This document shows, piece by piece, positions 19,836 through 30,954 of a DNA stretch of 64,000 bases. A program made the position numbers and the translations under genes. The DNA comes from an uncultured Gemmatimonadales bacterium. GTDB taxonomy: Bacteria > Gemmatimonadota > Gemmatimonadetes > Longimicrobiales > Gaopeijiaceae. The notes below the pieces were generated by a model, which saw only the letters and a list, made by a program, of their open reading frames with translations, was not told the DNA's origin and ran no database searches. The number at the start of each line of letters is the position of its first letter. The first letter of the stretch is position 1. The stretch is taken from positions 224,001 to 288,000 of the forward strand of contig CAWGKG010000020.1 of NCBI GenBank assembly GCA_963823035.1, given 5' to 3'.

Positions 19836-19865
19836 TTGCCGATCGCCGCGCTTCCTGGGTACTGT
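19836..19865 (+). promoter_or_regulatory. Candidate sigma70 promoter, likely leaderless
   Basis: TTGCCG (19836) -18 bp- TACTGT (19860), ATG 7 nt later, no SD. Confidence 0.4.
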
Positions 19866-19872
19866 TCGGGCC

Positions 19873-21810
19873 ATGACGACCCCCAACCGACTCCTGGTCG
19901 GTGCCGCCCTCGTGGTCGGCACCGCTTCGTGCGCGCCGGCGCTCGAGCTCACCCCCACCGACGCGGACGTGGTCCTCGCGCACCAGGCGCTCGACGCGCC
20001 GGACCCGTCCCGCACCGGGCCGCATGGCGTGCTGACGCTCTACTACGGCAGCGGCACCGACGAGCGCCGCGCGGTCTATCGTGACTCCGTCTCGATCCGC
20101 ACTGGGACCGTGGACGCGTCCAAGCTGGTCGACCTTGGCTCCTCGGCGAAGGAGCGCAACGGGTACTGGGGCTTCACGCCGAAGGAGATGCCGCTCAACG
20201 CCCGCGTCTGGTATCCGGACGGTCCGGGACCCTTCCCGCTGGTGCTCGTGGTGCACGGCAACCACGACATGAAGGACTTCTCGGACCCGGGCTACGACTA
20301 CCTGGGTCGGCTCCTGGCCAGTCGCGGGTACATCCTCGTGAGCGTGGACGAGAACTTCCTCAACGGTGGCATCCGCGGGGAGAACGATGCGCGCGGGTGG
20401 TTCCTCCTCCAGCACCTGAAGCTCTTCCACGGCTTCAACGAGGAGGCCGGCAACCCCTTCGAGGGGAAGGTCGACATGGCGCACATCGCGCTCATCGGCC
20501 ACTCGCGGGGAGGCGAGGCCGTGGCGGACGCGGCGGCCTTCAACCGGCTCGCCCGTTACCCGGACGACGCGTCGCTCACCTTCGACTTCGGATTCGACAT
20601 CCGCGGGGTGATCTCGATCGCGCCGGTGGACGGTCAATACCTCCCCACGGGCCGCAAGGTGGAGATGCGGAACGTCAGCTACCTGACCTTCCATGGCTCG
20701 CACGACGGGGACGTGACCTCCTTCCACGGTCTGCGCATCTACGATCGGCTTCGCTTCACGGACGACGACTTCCACTTCAAGTCGGCGATCTACGTCTACC
20801 GCGCGAACCACGGGCAGTGGAACACCGTCTGGCAGAACCACGACAACGGGCCGCGCTCGGGTCGCATCCTCGACCTGCGCGCGCTCCTCCCCCAGGAGGA
20901 CCAGCGCCACTTCGCCGAGCTGTACGTCTCCGCCTTCCTCGACGTCGTGCTCAAGGGTGACAAGCGGTACCTGCCGATGTTCCGGGACCACCGCGTGATC
21001 GGGGAATGGCTCCCGAAGACGATGTACGTCACGCGCTTCGAGACCAGCGCCTTCCGGCCCCTCGCGAACTTCGAGGAGGACATCGACGTCACCACCGGCT
21101 CCACCGCGGGCGTGACGCTCCAGGGGGACTCGCTGGCGACGTGGAAGGAGGAGACGCTCGAGCTGCGCTCGGCCAACCGGAACAGCACCAGTCAGTCGCA
21201 GGAGAACCAGGCCGTGTGGCTCGGGTGGAACAACCGCATCGCGGGAAAGGACACGACACGGACGGGGCCCGCGGCGCGCTTCACGGTCCACCTTCCCGAC
21301 GGGCTGGCCCGCTCCTGGAGGCTGGACGACGGCACCACGCTCGATCTCATGTTGAGCGCCACGCGTGGCACGCCCGGGCCCAGGAAGGACCCGGCCCAGG
21401 ACACGACGCAGAAGGCGGGGGATGGCGGCGGCCGGCCACCTCGCCCCAGCGGGAAGGCGGACGACGACAAGCCACCGATCGACCTGTCTGTCGAGGTGGA
21501 GGACGCTTCCGGCCAGACGGCCTCGTTGGACCTGCGCCGCTACGGCGCGATCCGTCGTCCGCTCGAGACCCACGTGCTGCGGCGGGCCGACCTGGAGGAA
21601 AGGCGCTTCGCGAACCCCTGGGAGCTGATCCTGCAGACGTACTCGATCCCGCTCGGCGACTTCCTGGAGCAGAACCGGCGTCTCGACCTCGGGACCCTGG
21701 CCGCGGTGCGCCTGGTGTTCGACCGTTCCGTGGCCGGCGAGGTGGTGGTCGACGAGATCGGCCTCAGCGACCTGGATCCGGCATTCCTGACCGCGCGCGT
21801 CGAGCACTGA
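19873..21810 (+). CDS. Alpha/beta-hydrolase-fold lipoprotein
   Basis: Lipobox TASC; GPFPLVLVVHGNH, GYDYLG, IGHSRGGEA nucleophile elbow, HDGDV, ANHGQWN. Confidence 0.85.
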   Translation: MTTPNRLLVGAALVVGTASCAPALELTPTDADVVLAHQALDAPDPSRTGPHGVLTLYYGSGTDERRAVYRDSVSIRTGTVDASKLVDLGSSAKERNGYWGFTPKEMPLNARVWYPDGPGPFPLVLVVHGNHDMKDFSDPGYDYLGRLLASRGYILVSVDENFLNGGIRGENDARGWFLLQHLKLFHGFNEEAGNPFEGKVDMAHIALIGHSRGGEAVADAAAFNRLARYPDDASLTFDFGFDIRGVISIAPVDGQYLPTGRKVEMRNVSYLTFHGSHDGDVTSFHGLRIYDRLRFTDDDFHFKSAIYVYRANHGQWNTVWQNHDNGPRSGRILDLRALLPQEDQRHFAELYVSAFLDVVLKGDKRYLPMFRDHRVIGEWLPKTMYVTRFETSAFRPLANFEEDIDVTTGSTAGVTLQGDSLATWKEETLELRSANRNSTSQSQENQAVWLGWNNRIAGKDTTRTGPAARFTVHLPDGLARSWRLDDGTTLDLMLSATRGTPGPRKDPAQDTTQKAGDGGGRPPRPSGKADDDKPPIDLSVEVEDASGQTASLDLRRYGAIRRPLETHVLRRADLEERRFANPWELILQTYSIPLGDFLEQNRRLDLGTLAAVRLVFDRSVAGEVVVDEIGLSDLDPAFLTARVEH

Positions 21811-21828
21811 AGGGCGGGACGCCGCCGG

Positions 21829-24429
21829 TCACTTGGCGTCCAGCACCTCACGGACCCGGACGGCCAACTCCGCCACGTCGAACGGCTTGTGCAGGAACGG
21901 GATCTCACGGGTGAGCACGTCCTGGCGCGTCGCCGTGTCGTCCGTGTATCCGGACATGAAGAGCACCTTGAGCCCGCGGATGGCGTGCCATCGCGCGCTT
22001 GGCCAGGTCGCGGCCACCCATCTTCGGCATGACCAGGTCGGTGAGGATCAGGTCGGGAGTCTTCACCCGGTCGAGCAGCGCCAGGGCGTCCTCACCGTTC
22101 TCGGCCTCGAGCACCGTGTATCCGTGCGAGCGTAGGATGCGCGCCGCCACGCGCCGCACCGACGCCTCGTCCTCGACGACGAGCACGGTCTCCTCCCCTC
22201 CCCGGATGACGTCGACGGATTCGATCTCGCTGCCCGTGGCATCTCTTTCGACACGAGGGAGGTAGAGCGCGACGGTGGTGCCGACGCCCACCTCGCTCTG
22301 CACGGTGATGTGGCCATCGAGCTTCTGCACGATCGTGTACGAGGTGGCGAGGCCCAGGCCGCTCCCCTTGCCGACGCCCTTGGTGGTGAAGAACGGCTCG
22401 AAGAGGTGCGCCTTCACCTCTTCCGACATCCCCGTACCGTTGTCGCTGATCGAGAGGTAGACGAAGTCCCCGGTCCCCCCGGTCACCGGGCCGTCGGTGT
22501 GTCCGTCGACCAGCGTCACGTTCCGGGTCTCGATGACGATCTTCCCGCCCTCGGACACCGCGTCGCGCGCGTTCACCACGAGGTTGGCCACCACCTGCTC
22601 CAGCTGACCTCGATCCGCGTGCACGGACCAGAGGTCGTCGGCGAGCGTCGATCTCGAGCGTGAGGTCCTCACCCACCAGCCTTCGCAGCATCCGGTGGAG
22701 GGAGCGGACCGTCTCGTTGATGTCGAGCGTCGTCAACTCGACGATCTCCCTGCGCGAGAAGGTGAGAAGCTGGCGGGTGAGCCTCGCCGCGCTGTTGGCC
22801 GCGTCCAGCAGGGAGTCGACGGCGCGGGCGGAGGGCGAATCGTCGACCACGGCCCTCCGCGCGATCTGCGCCTCGGTGAGGATCACGGTGAGCAGGTTGT
22901 TGAAGTCGTGCGCGACGCCGCCGGCCAGGCGCCCCACGGCCTCCAGCTTCTGCGCCTGTCGGAGCTGGATCTCGAGGTCATGCGCCTCGGTCACGTCCAG
23001 CCAGGCGCCGACCACCTCGTGAGGGACCTCCCTGTCCTGGCCGACATGGCGCTGGTCGTCGCGGATCCAGCGCCAGGATCCGTCGTGATGCCGGAAGCGG
23101 TACAGCCGGGTGCTCGTTCCCGAGTCGTCCTGTGCGATCCAACCGCCGAGGCTGTCCAGGTCGTCGGGGTGGACGTTCGAGGCCCACCACCCGGGCTCCA
23201 GGGCCTCCCCCAGGCGATAGCCGAGAACCCGCAGCACGTTGTCGCTGATCCACTCGAGCTTCGGCTGGGCCTCACCCGGCGTCAGCTCGTAGATGACGGC
23301 GCTCGTCGAGCCGATGACGCGACGCAGGCGTTCCTGGGTGGCCCGGTGTCGGCCCTCCGACGCCGTCACGTCCTCGATCCGGTGCTCGAGCTCCTGGTGC
23401 GTAGCCTGCAACCGCCCCGTCATGGCATTGAAGGCCCGGGCCAGCATGGCGAGCTCCTTCCCGGCGGGCTCGGCGACCCGTCTGCCGAATTCGCCCGCAC
23501 CGATGGCGCGCGTGGCCTCGGCGAGCTCGGTGAGCGGGCGGGTGAGGCCGGCGGTCATCCACCACGTCAGCGCGGAGGCCATCACGAGGACCAGGGCGCC
23601 CAGGACGACGAGCAGGCGGAGCGTGGAGCGCGCAGGAGCCAGGATAAGACCCGTGGGGTAGGCCGCCGCCACGACCCACGGCGGCGACTCCATGCGGGCG
23701 ACCGAACCCAGCCAACCCTGCCCATCCGGGGTTCGGTACGCGATGGGCCCCTCGCCCACGGCACGCAGATCGATGGGAAGGGGCTCGACCGCCCCGACCA
23801 GGTCCGTCCACACGTCCCCCGCTTCGTTGGCGAGGTAGAAGGTCGAGGCGATACCGATCAACCCCGAGATCGTCGCCTGGGCCGAGCTGTCCGCGTCGAA
23901 CGGGATCCACCGCACCAGGTGGCCGATGACGCGCTGGCCGTCGGAGGAGCGTATGGCGGCGGCGGCCGGCATGAAGGTCTTCGACCTGCGTGGCGAAGAG
24001 GGGGCCGACCGCCGCGCCCCCGGCGGCCCGCACGGCATCCACCACCCGGCCACGCACCGACGGGTCGTCGACCAGGAAGTCGTCCGCCAGGGAGAGGACG
24101 GGCCGGCCCGTGCCGTCCCACAGCTCCGCGTGGGCTACGCCGTCCGCGAAGTCCCGGAGCGCTTCCACGGTCGGGTCGCGCTGGGGGGACTCGAGTTCCA
24201 GGTACCGCCGGAACGTCGGGTCGGTCGCGCGCGTCTGGACCTGCTCCCGGAGGCGATCGGTCGATCCCCGGAGCGTCCCGGCGAGCTGGTGGGCCGCTTC
24301 GGAAAGGCGTTCACCGGCCTCCTCCATCGCGGAGGAGCGCACGCCCCGGTAGGCGGCTCCGCCATAGACGGTGACGACGGCGACGATGAGCAGGCCGATG
24401 AGCACCGAGAGACGCTGGCGCACCGACAT
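21829..24429 (-). CDS. Membrane hybrid sensor kinase (TM-HAMP-PAS-HisKA-HATPase-REC), frameshifted
   Basis: GRLAGGVAHDFNNLL, NLVVNARDA, FEPFFTTKG, GSGLGL, REC LTDLVMP / FMSGY / HKPF; frameshifts near 23990, 22645, 21985. Confidence 0.88.
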
Positions 24430-24442
24430 GATCAACCGCGCA

Positions 24443-25364
24443 CTAGCGCCACCGGACCCCGAACCGATGCGTTCCCTCGCCGAGGGTTCCGAAGTCACGG
24501 AAGGCCCACTCGAGCACGAGATCGTCTCCCCAGAAGGCGAATCCGAGCGTCAGGGGGCTCGCCTCGCCTTCCGGCACGCGCTCCACGCCGATCCGCGCCA
24601 CGAAGGTCCGACCGTTGATCGGCCAGTAGCCGACCTCCAGCCCGGCCCCCGCGAGAAGCTCCCCGTCGTCGCGGCGCGTCAGCGCGCCGGAGAGCCCCAC
24701 GTCCACCGGTCCGACCGGGCGCCCGTAGGCCCCGGCGCCCAGGGTGACGCGCGTCGGCAGGGGTACGCTGCCCGAGGGAAGCTCCAGGTCCGGGCCGAGG
24801 TTGGCGGCGGTGAGGCCGACCGTGAAGCGGACCGACCGTCGTGGCCACGCCGACGTCCACGGCGGCGGTAGCGTCGCGCTGGTCTGCCACGCGCTGCTCG
24901 ACGAGCTTGGCGGCGGCTCCGACCCGGATGCCGAAGAGGCGGCGTCCGTAGCCGACCGAAGCGACCCGCTCCGAGGTGGCCGGGACCCCGACGTCGAAGA
25001 GCAGGTCCTGGCCCGACGGAAGGAGCGTCCCGCCGTCCGAGGCGCCGCCATACTGCAGGGTCTGCAGGCCGATGGCCACGCCGCCGCCGAGCCACGGCAT
25101 GGCGGCCGAGGCCGTCGCGGACGTGGCTTCTCCGCTCCACGTCTCCAGCTCCAGGCCGAAACCGGACGCGCTGCCCACGAGCGCCGGGTGGTAGAAGAGC
25201 GCGTCGGCGTGGTCCGAGCCCATCATGTACGCGTCGCCCAACGCCATCGCCCGCGTGCTCGCCGGCAGCTCGAGCACGAGCGGCGCCCGTCCCTCCGCCT
25301 GGCCGGCGGCGGCACGGGGCGTCAGCGGGAGCGCGAACAGGGCGAGGATGTAGAGAAGACGCAT
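24443..25364 (-). CDS. Exported PorV/FadL-like outer-membrane beta-barrel protein (frameshift near 24840)
   Basis: Signal peptide; LPASTRAMALGDAY, ALFYHPA; C-terminal HRFGVRWR. Confidence 0.55.
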
Positions 25365-25483
25365 GCGAACAGGGGGGGCAGGCGACGAAGAGACCCTCGA
25401 TGGGCGATCCGCCTCCAAGCTCGGTCCGACCTCCACTCCGGGGCAATAGTCCCGTCCCGGCATTCGTCGGCCGAGGAGGCCTC

Positions 25484-26284
25484 TCACCGCGTGCGGCCGA
25501 GGAAGTCGTCCACCATCCGGCGGGCGATCGAGAAGGACGTCGGCAGCATGGCGGGGAGCCGTTCCGGGGAGAACCAGCGCGCGTCCTCGATCTCGTCGTC
25601 GTCGACGCGGATCTCTCCGGACGCCCACCGGGCGATGAACCCCACCATGAGCGAGTGCGGGAACGGCCACGGCTGGCTCCCGAAGTAGCGCAGGCCGTCG
25701 ACCTCGACGCCCACCTCCTCGCGGATCTCCCGGTGGACGGTCTCCTCCAGGGACTCGCCGGGCTCCACGAAGCCCGCCACCGTGGAGTACATCCCGGGCG
25801 GAAAGCCGGGCGAGCGTGCGAGGAGCATCTCCCGGCCGCGCTCGATGAGCACGATCACGGCGGGCGACAGGCGCGGGAAGTGGAGGTGCCGGCACTGGGG
25901 GCAGACCATGGCCTCCTCGGAGGAATGGCGCTCCGTGGGGTGCCCGCAGCGCGAGCAGAACCCGTGCGTCCGCAGCCACTCCACCTTCTGCAGCGCCGCC
26001 CCCGCTGCACGGAACAGCTCCTCGGGCACGACACCGTGGAGGGCACGCAGCCCCACGAGCTGGACGCCGGGAGGAGGCACGAAGCCCTCCGGGAGGTCGT
26101 AGGCGTGGCAGGGCTCGCCGAGCGCCGGCTGCAGGCGCACCTCGGCGCCGGTCATCCCACCCGGATCGGTTCCCAGGATCGCGGCCAGCTCGGATGCGCC
26201 GGGAAGGCGCAGGGCACTGTCGTCCCCGGCCGCGAGGAGGATGCGCCGCCCCTGGAAGCCGAAATGCCAGCCGTCGGTGCTCAC
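25484..26284 (-). CDS. nudC: NADH pyrophosphatase / NAD-cap decapping Nudix hydrolase
   Basis: FCSRCG...CPQC zinc finger, GFVEPGESLEETVHREIREEVG Nudix box, SQPWPFPHS. Confidence 0.95.
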   Translation of the reverse strand: MSTDGWHFGFQGRRILLAAGDDSALRLPGASELAAILGTDPGGMTGAEVRLQPALGEPCHAYDLPEGFVPPPGVQLVGLRALHGVVPEELFRAAGAALQKVEWLRTHGFCSRCGHPTERHSSEEAMVCPQCRHLHFPRLSPAVIVLIERGREMLLARSPGFPPGMYSTVAGFVEPGESLEETVHREIREEVGVEVDGLRYFGSQPWPFPHSLMVGFIARWASGEIRVDDDEIEDARWFSPERLPAMLPTSFSIARRMVDDFLGRTR

Positions 26285-26490
26285 GGGTGATCGCGTCGGT
26301 CCAGCACGGCGGTGCGGTGGCAGCGCGGGCACACCAGCCAGAGCCGGTCGCGCACGTAGGACACGTCCCGACGCGGGGGGACGGGCCTCTCGTCCATCGG
26401 GACCGCGCAGCGCGGGCAGAGGAGGGATCCGTTCGCCAGGAAGGTGCGGGTCAGCGCCTTCGTCTCCTCGTCGGTGAACGAATCGGGCAT
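26281..26490 (-). CDS. Small zinc-ribbon-like protein
   Basis: Two CPRC motifs; stop overlaps nudC GTG (GTGA). Confidence 0.6.
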   Translation of the reverse strand: MPDSFTDEETKALTRTFLANGSLLCPRCAVPMDERPVPPRRDVSYVRDRLWLVCPRCHRTAVLDRRDHP

Positions 26491-26632
26491 GGGCTCAACA
26501 GGACGCACGCTTCGAGTGTCTTCAGGGTCTAAGGATGGTATATTAGCGGGCTCGGCCTCCCCGTTTCCATCCCGAGCGATCGAGACAGACAAGAGAAGGC
26601 GAATCCGAACCCCGAGGGCATAGATTTAGAGG

Positions 26633-28985
26633 ATGGTGTATCCACTTCTGATGCAGGTCGTCGCAGCCGCGGCTCTGATGGGTCCCGGCTCGGCAACGGA
26701 CCACGTGTACGACGGCGCCGCGGGCGATCTCACCGTGGCGACTCCCAGTCTGGCGGACGCGGACATCCGCGTCGACGGGCGGCTGGACGAGGCCTCCTGG
26801 CAGCAGGCCGCCGTTCTGGGCTCGTTCACCCAATACGACCCCGTCGAGGGTGCGCCGGCGTCACAGAAGACCGAGGTGCTGGTCCTGGTCGACCGGGGCG
26901 CGATCTACTTCGGCGTGCGGGCGTTCGACGACGATCCCAACGGGATCCGGGCGACGCTGGCGGAGCGGGACGAGTTCGACCGCTCCGACGACTACATCCG
27001 CTTCGTCCTGGACACCTTCGACGACCAGCGCCGCGCGTACGTCTTCAGCGTGAACCCGCTCGGCGTGCAGCACGACGGCATCTGGAACGAGGGTAGTGGC
27101 GGCCGTCACATGGGCCCGCCCATCGACGACAACCCCGATTTCCTCTGGGAGTCGTCGGGCGAGCTGGCCGAGTGGGGCTACCAGCTCGAGGTGCGCATCC
27201 CCCTCAAGAGCCTCCGCTTCCCGGAGAGGGTCAATCAGTCGTGGGGGCTGCAGGTCATCCGGAAGATCTCGCGCAACGGCTACGAGGAGTCGTGGGCCCC
27301 GATCTCCAACAACGTGGCGAACCAGCTCACGCAGGCGGGCAAGCTCACCGATCTGCGCGAGCTCGACGCCGGGCTGTTCATGGAGATCAACCCGGTGCTC
27401 ACCGGCAAGCGCGTCGGCACCGTGGACGACGAGACCGGGCTCTTCACGCAGGACAGCCCCGAGGGTGACTTCGGGCTGAACATGACGTACGGGCTCACCT
27501 CCAACCTCACGCTCGACGCCACGTACAACCCCGACTTCAGCCAGGTGGAGGCGGACGCGGGGCAGATCTCCGTGAACGAGCGCTTCGGGCTCTTCTTCCC
27601 GGAGAAGCGTCCGTTCTTCCTCGAGGGGACGGAGATCTTCAACCTCCCGAAGCAGCTCATCTACACCCGATCCATCGCCAACCCCGTCGGGGGCGCCAAG
27701 ATGACGGGGAAGGTCGGGGCCTGGCAGGTGGGCTACCTGGGCGCGGTCGACCGCTCCTTCGACGAAGGCGTCGACAACACGGTCGCGAACATCGTTCGGG
27801 CCCGGCGCGACCTCGGGGCGGCTTCCACCGTGGGCATGGTGTACACGGACCGGACCCGGCACGCCGACGACTACAACCGGGTCGTGGGTGCCGATGCCCG
27901 CCTCGTGCTGGCACAACGCTACACGCTGACGTTCCTCGGCTCGACCAGCTTCTCGGCGGAGCCGGACTCCGCCGCGACCGTCGGCACGCTCTGGTCCGGG
28001 CGCGTGGAGCGCGCGGGTCGGGCGTTCGGCTTTTCGGCGGAGATCGAGGACTCGGACAGCGACTTCGACGCTCGCAGCGGCTTCTTCCGCCGCACCGGCG
28101 ACACGCAGCTGCAGTCCAACGTGCGCTACAACTGGTACGGGCCTTCGGGTGGGTTGGTGGAGCGCGTCGGGCCGAGCCTGGAGATGCACGGCTACTGGGA
28201 CCACGACGCCTTCTGGAGCGGCGGCGGCGCACAGGAGGTTTCCGCCCAGCTCGGCGGCAGCGTCTCGTTCCGCGGGAACATCAGCGTGTTCGCCAACGCG
28301 AAGCTGAAGTCCTATTCGTTCGCGCCCGCGGACTACGACGGCTTCTTCGTGCCGGCTGTCGGGCGGCTCGCAGGCGGCCTTCTATCCGGACCAGGCGCTC
28401 TTCGACGCCATGCGGGGCCTCGACGCGAACCTGTGGGTGAACACCTTCGAGCGGATACGCGGCAACGTCCGCTTCGGCTGGGAGGAAGTGCCGATCTTCG
28501 CCGGCTCGAACGCGGCGGTGGAGCCGGCGACCTCCTGGTCGTCGAACGTGAGCCTCAACCTCTATCCGACGCGCTCGCTCAAGGCCGAGTTGGGCCTTCG
28601 CCACACGACGATCACACGCCATCGGGACGGTTCCGAGTACTCCTCCGCGACCATCCCGCGCGTGAAGGCCCAGTACCAGTTCTCCAGGGCGTTCTTCGTA
28701 CGCGGCATCTTCGAGTACCAGTCCCAGCAGCGGGGGGCGCTCTTCGACCCCGCGACCGGGGAGGTCGTCAGCTACTGCGGGGACGACGGCTGCGAGGAGC
28801 GGACGGGCTCGGACGGATACGACTTCCACGTGGAGGGACTCGTGAGCTACGAGCCCTCGCCGGGGACCGTCTTCTACGTGGGCTACACCCGACAGATGGA
28901 GGACACGGAGGCCTTCCGCTTCCGCGAGGTGCGTCCGCTGGCCGAGGGCGTCTTCGTCAAGGTCAGCTACCGATTCCGGTTCTGA
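26633..28985 (+). CDS. DUF5916 / CBM9-like outer-membrane protein (frameshift near 28355)
   Basis: IRVDGRLDE, LDTFDDQRRAYVFSVNPLG, TYNPDFSQVEAD, FFPEKRPFFLEG; C-terminal VFVKVSYRFRF. Confidence 0.85.
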
Positions 28986-29076
28986 GAGCGGCCGCGAAAG
29001 TGGTTGCCCCCCGGTCGCCAGTTCTGGTTAAGGTAGGCCGTTCCGGGGAAACGGCCCATTCGACCTAAGGACACGG

Positions 29077-29292
29077 GTGGCGAAAGAGGCAATCGAGATC
29101 GAGGGAACCGTGAGCGAGGTTCTTCCCAACGCGACGTTCCGCGTCGAGTTGGAGAACGGCCACGAGATCCTGGCGTACCTCTCGGGCAAGATGCGGCAGA
29201 ACTACATCCGTGTGCTGGAGGGCGACCGCGTGAAGGTCGAGCTGTCGCCCTACGACCTGACCCGCGGCCGCGTGACGTACCGCTACAAGTAG
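29077..29292 (+). CDS. infA: Translation initiation factor IF-1
   Basis: [40 protein letters not shown]. Confidence 0.98.
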   Translation: MAKEAIEIEGTVSEVLPNATFRVELENGHEILAYLSGKMRQNYIRVLEGDRVKVELSPYDLTRGRVTYRYK

Positions 29293-29378
29293 ACCGCGGT
29301 CCGGATGAAACCGTCGACGCGCCCGCGCCGTAGGGCCCCTCGACGGATGGAGAATTCGGCTTTTCCGGAGGGATCACC

Positions 29379-29576
29379 ATGAGGACATTCGCTGCGCTGA
29401 CCGTTTCGGGCGTGGTGGGGCTCCTGCTCTTCAAGCTCCTCGCCTCGCTCATCTTCCCGCTGTTCGGGGTCTTCATCGGCATCCTGGCCATGACCGTGAA
29501 GTTCGCTCTGATCGCCGCGGTGATCTTCTTCGTGTACTCGATGATCAAGAAGAAGAGGGAAGCCGACGTCGCCTGA
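29379..29576 (+). CDS. Small membrane protein
   Basis: GGAGG SD, hydrophobic helices, basic tail. Confidence 0.75.
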   Translation: MRTFAALTVSGVVGLLLFKLLASLIFPLFGVFIGILAMTVKFALIAAVIFFVYSMIKKKREADVA

Positions 29577-29604
29577 GCGACCCGACTCCGTCCGGATGAA
29601 CGGC

Positions 29605-29631
29605 GCCCCCGGGACCGACGGTCCCGGGGGC
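29605..29631. terminator. Hairpin between convergent genes
   Basis: gcccccgggacc-gac-ggtcccgggggc. Confidence 0.6.
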
Positions 29632-29644
29632 TTCGTGTCTTCGG

Positions 29645-30658
29645 CTACCCCACGAGCTCGCGCAGCGCCGCCACCTGCTCGTCCTTCCCGAGCACGATCA
29701 CCTCGTCACCCGCGTCGAGCCGGGTGTCGCCCACCGGATTGAAGACGAAGTCCTGACGCGCGTCCGAGCGCTTGCGCAGGGCGATCACGATGAGCCCCGT
29801 CCTCTGCGGGATCCTCGCCTCCATCAGCGTCTTGCCTGCGACAGGCGACTTCTGGCCGATCACGGCCTGCTCCATGCGCAGCGCGAGGTCCGACGAGCGC
29901 GTCGCGATGTCGAGGAAGGACACCGCGGAGGGGCGGAGCAGCACGGACGCCATGCGGATGGCGCTGCTCACGTTGGGGCTCACCACGTGGTCCGCGCCCG
30001 CGCGGTAGAGCTTGTCCATGGTCTCCTCCTCGTAGGCCCGCGCCACGATCTTCACCGTGGCGGCCAGGTCCCGCGCCGAGAGGCACACGAAGAGGTTGTC
30101 CGTGTCCTGGCTGAGGCAGGTGACGAGCCCCTTGGCCTGGAGCAGCCCCGCCTCCAGGAGCACCTGGTCGTGCGTGGCGTCGCCCTCGATGACGTGGGCG
30201 TCGGGGAGGAACTCGCGGAGCTGCTCGATGCGCTTCGGGTCGCGCTCGATGATCACGTAGTCGCTCCCCATGCTCCCGAGCTCCTGCGCGACCTGTCGGC
30301 CCGTCCGGCCGCATCCGCAGACGATGACGTGGTCCTTCATGCGCGCGATCTCCCTCATGTTGCGGCGCCTCCGCAAGGCGTCCTTGAGATCCAGCTCGAC
30401 GAAGAGTGAGGTGAGGTTGGCGAACCACAGCCCCATCCAGGTCAGCCCGCCCAGCAGGAGGAACATCGTGAAGATCCGCCCTGCGTGGCTCAGCGGCCAC
30501 ACCTCCTCGTATCCGACCGCCGTGAGCGTGATGACGGTCATGTAGAGGGCGTCGCGCAGCCCCTGCGCCTCGATGAGCACATAGCCCGCGGTCCCCCCGA
30601 CGATCAGGACGAGGAGCAGCGCGAAGGACCAGAGGAAACGGGTGAAGAAGGCCGCCAT
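29645..30658 (-). CDS. 2-TM potassium-channel-like protein with TrkA-N (RCK) and TrkA-C domains
   Basis: YMTVITLTAVGY pore, HVIVCGCGRTG Rossmann motif, GDAT, AGADHVVSP. Confidence 0.9.
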   Translation of the reverse strand: MAAFFTRFLWSFALLLVLIVGGTAGYVLIEAQGLRDALYMTVITLTAVGYEEVWPLSHAGRIFTMFLLLGGLTWMGLWFANLTSLFVELDLKDALRRRRNMREIARMKDHVIVCGCGRTGRQVAQELGSMGSDYVIIERDPKRIEQLREFLPDAHVIEGDATHDQVLLEAGLLQAKGLVTCLSQDTDNLFVCLSARDLAATVKIVARAYEEETMDKLYRAGADHVVSPNVSSAIRMASVLLRPSAVSFLDIATRSSDLALRMEQAVIGQKSPVAGKTLMEARIPQRTGLIVIALRKRSDARQDFVFNPVGDTRLDAGDEVIVLGKDEQVAALRELVG

Positions 30659-30774
30659 TCAGGTGCGCAGAATATCCGCCTCTATTGCGGGGATGCGTGA
30701 TCGCCGTGCCGGGAGTGAAGGCCCCGGATGGCTGAGAAGCTAGGCAGGACGCGGATTTTCGGCCACTTCTTCTC

Positions 30775-30803
30775 TTGACGCTCAGATGGGCGGCGCTTAC
30801 CGT
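30775..30803 (+). promoter_or_regulatory. Candidate sigma70 promoter for hup
   Basis: TTGACG -17 bp- TACCGT. Confidence 0.5.
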
Positions 30804-30954
30804 AGGGGCTATTGTATGCGAGCGGGCCCGGAAACACTTGATTCACGATGGTTTTCGGGGCTCCCGAGACTCTCTCGGAGAGGGCGTTCCAGGCCCGCGC
30901 CTGTGGGCGGCCAAGGCCGCGACCTCTCAACACCTTCGTCACAGGAGTTGCCCG

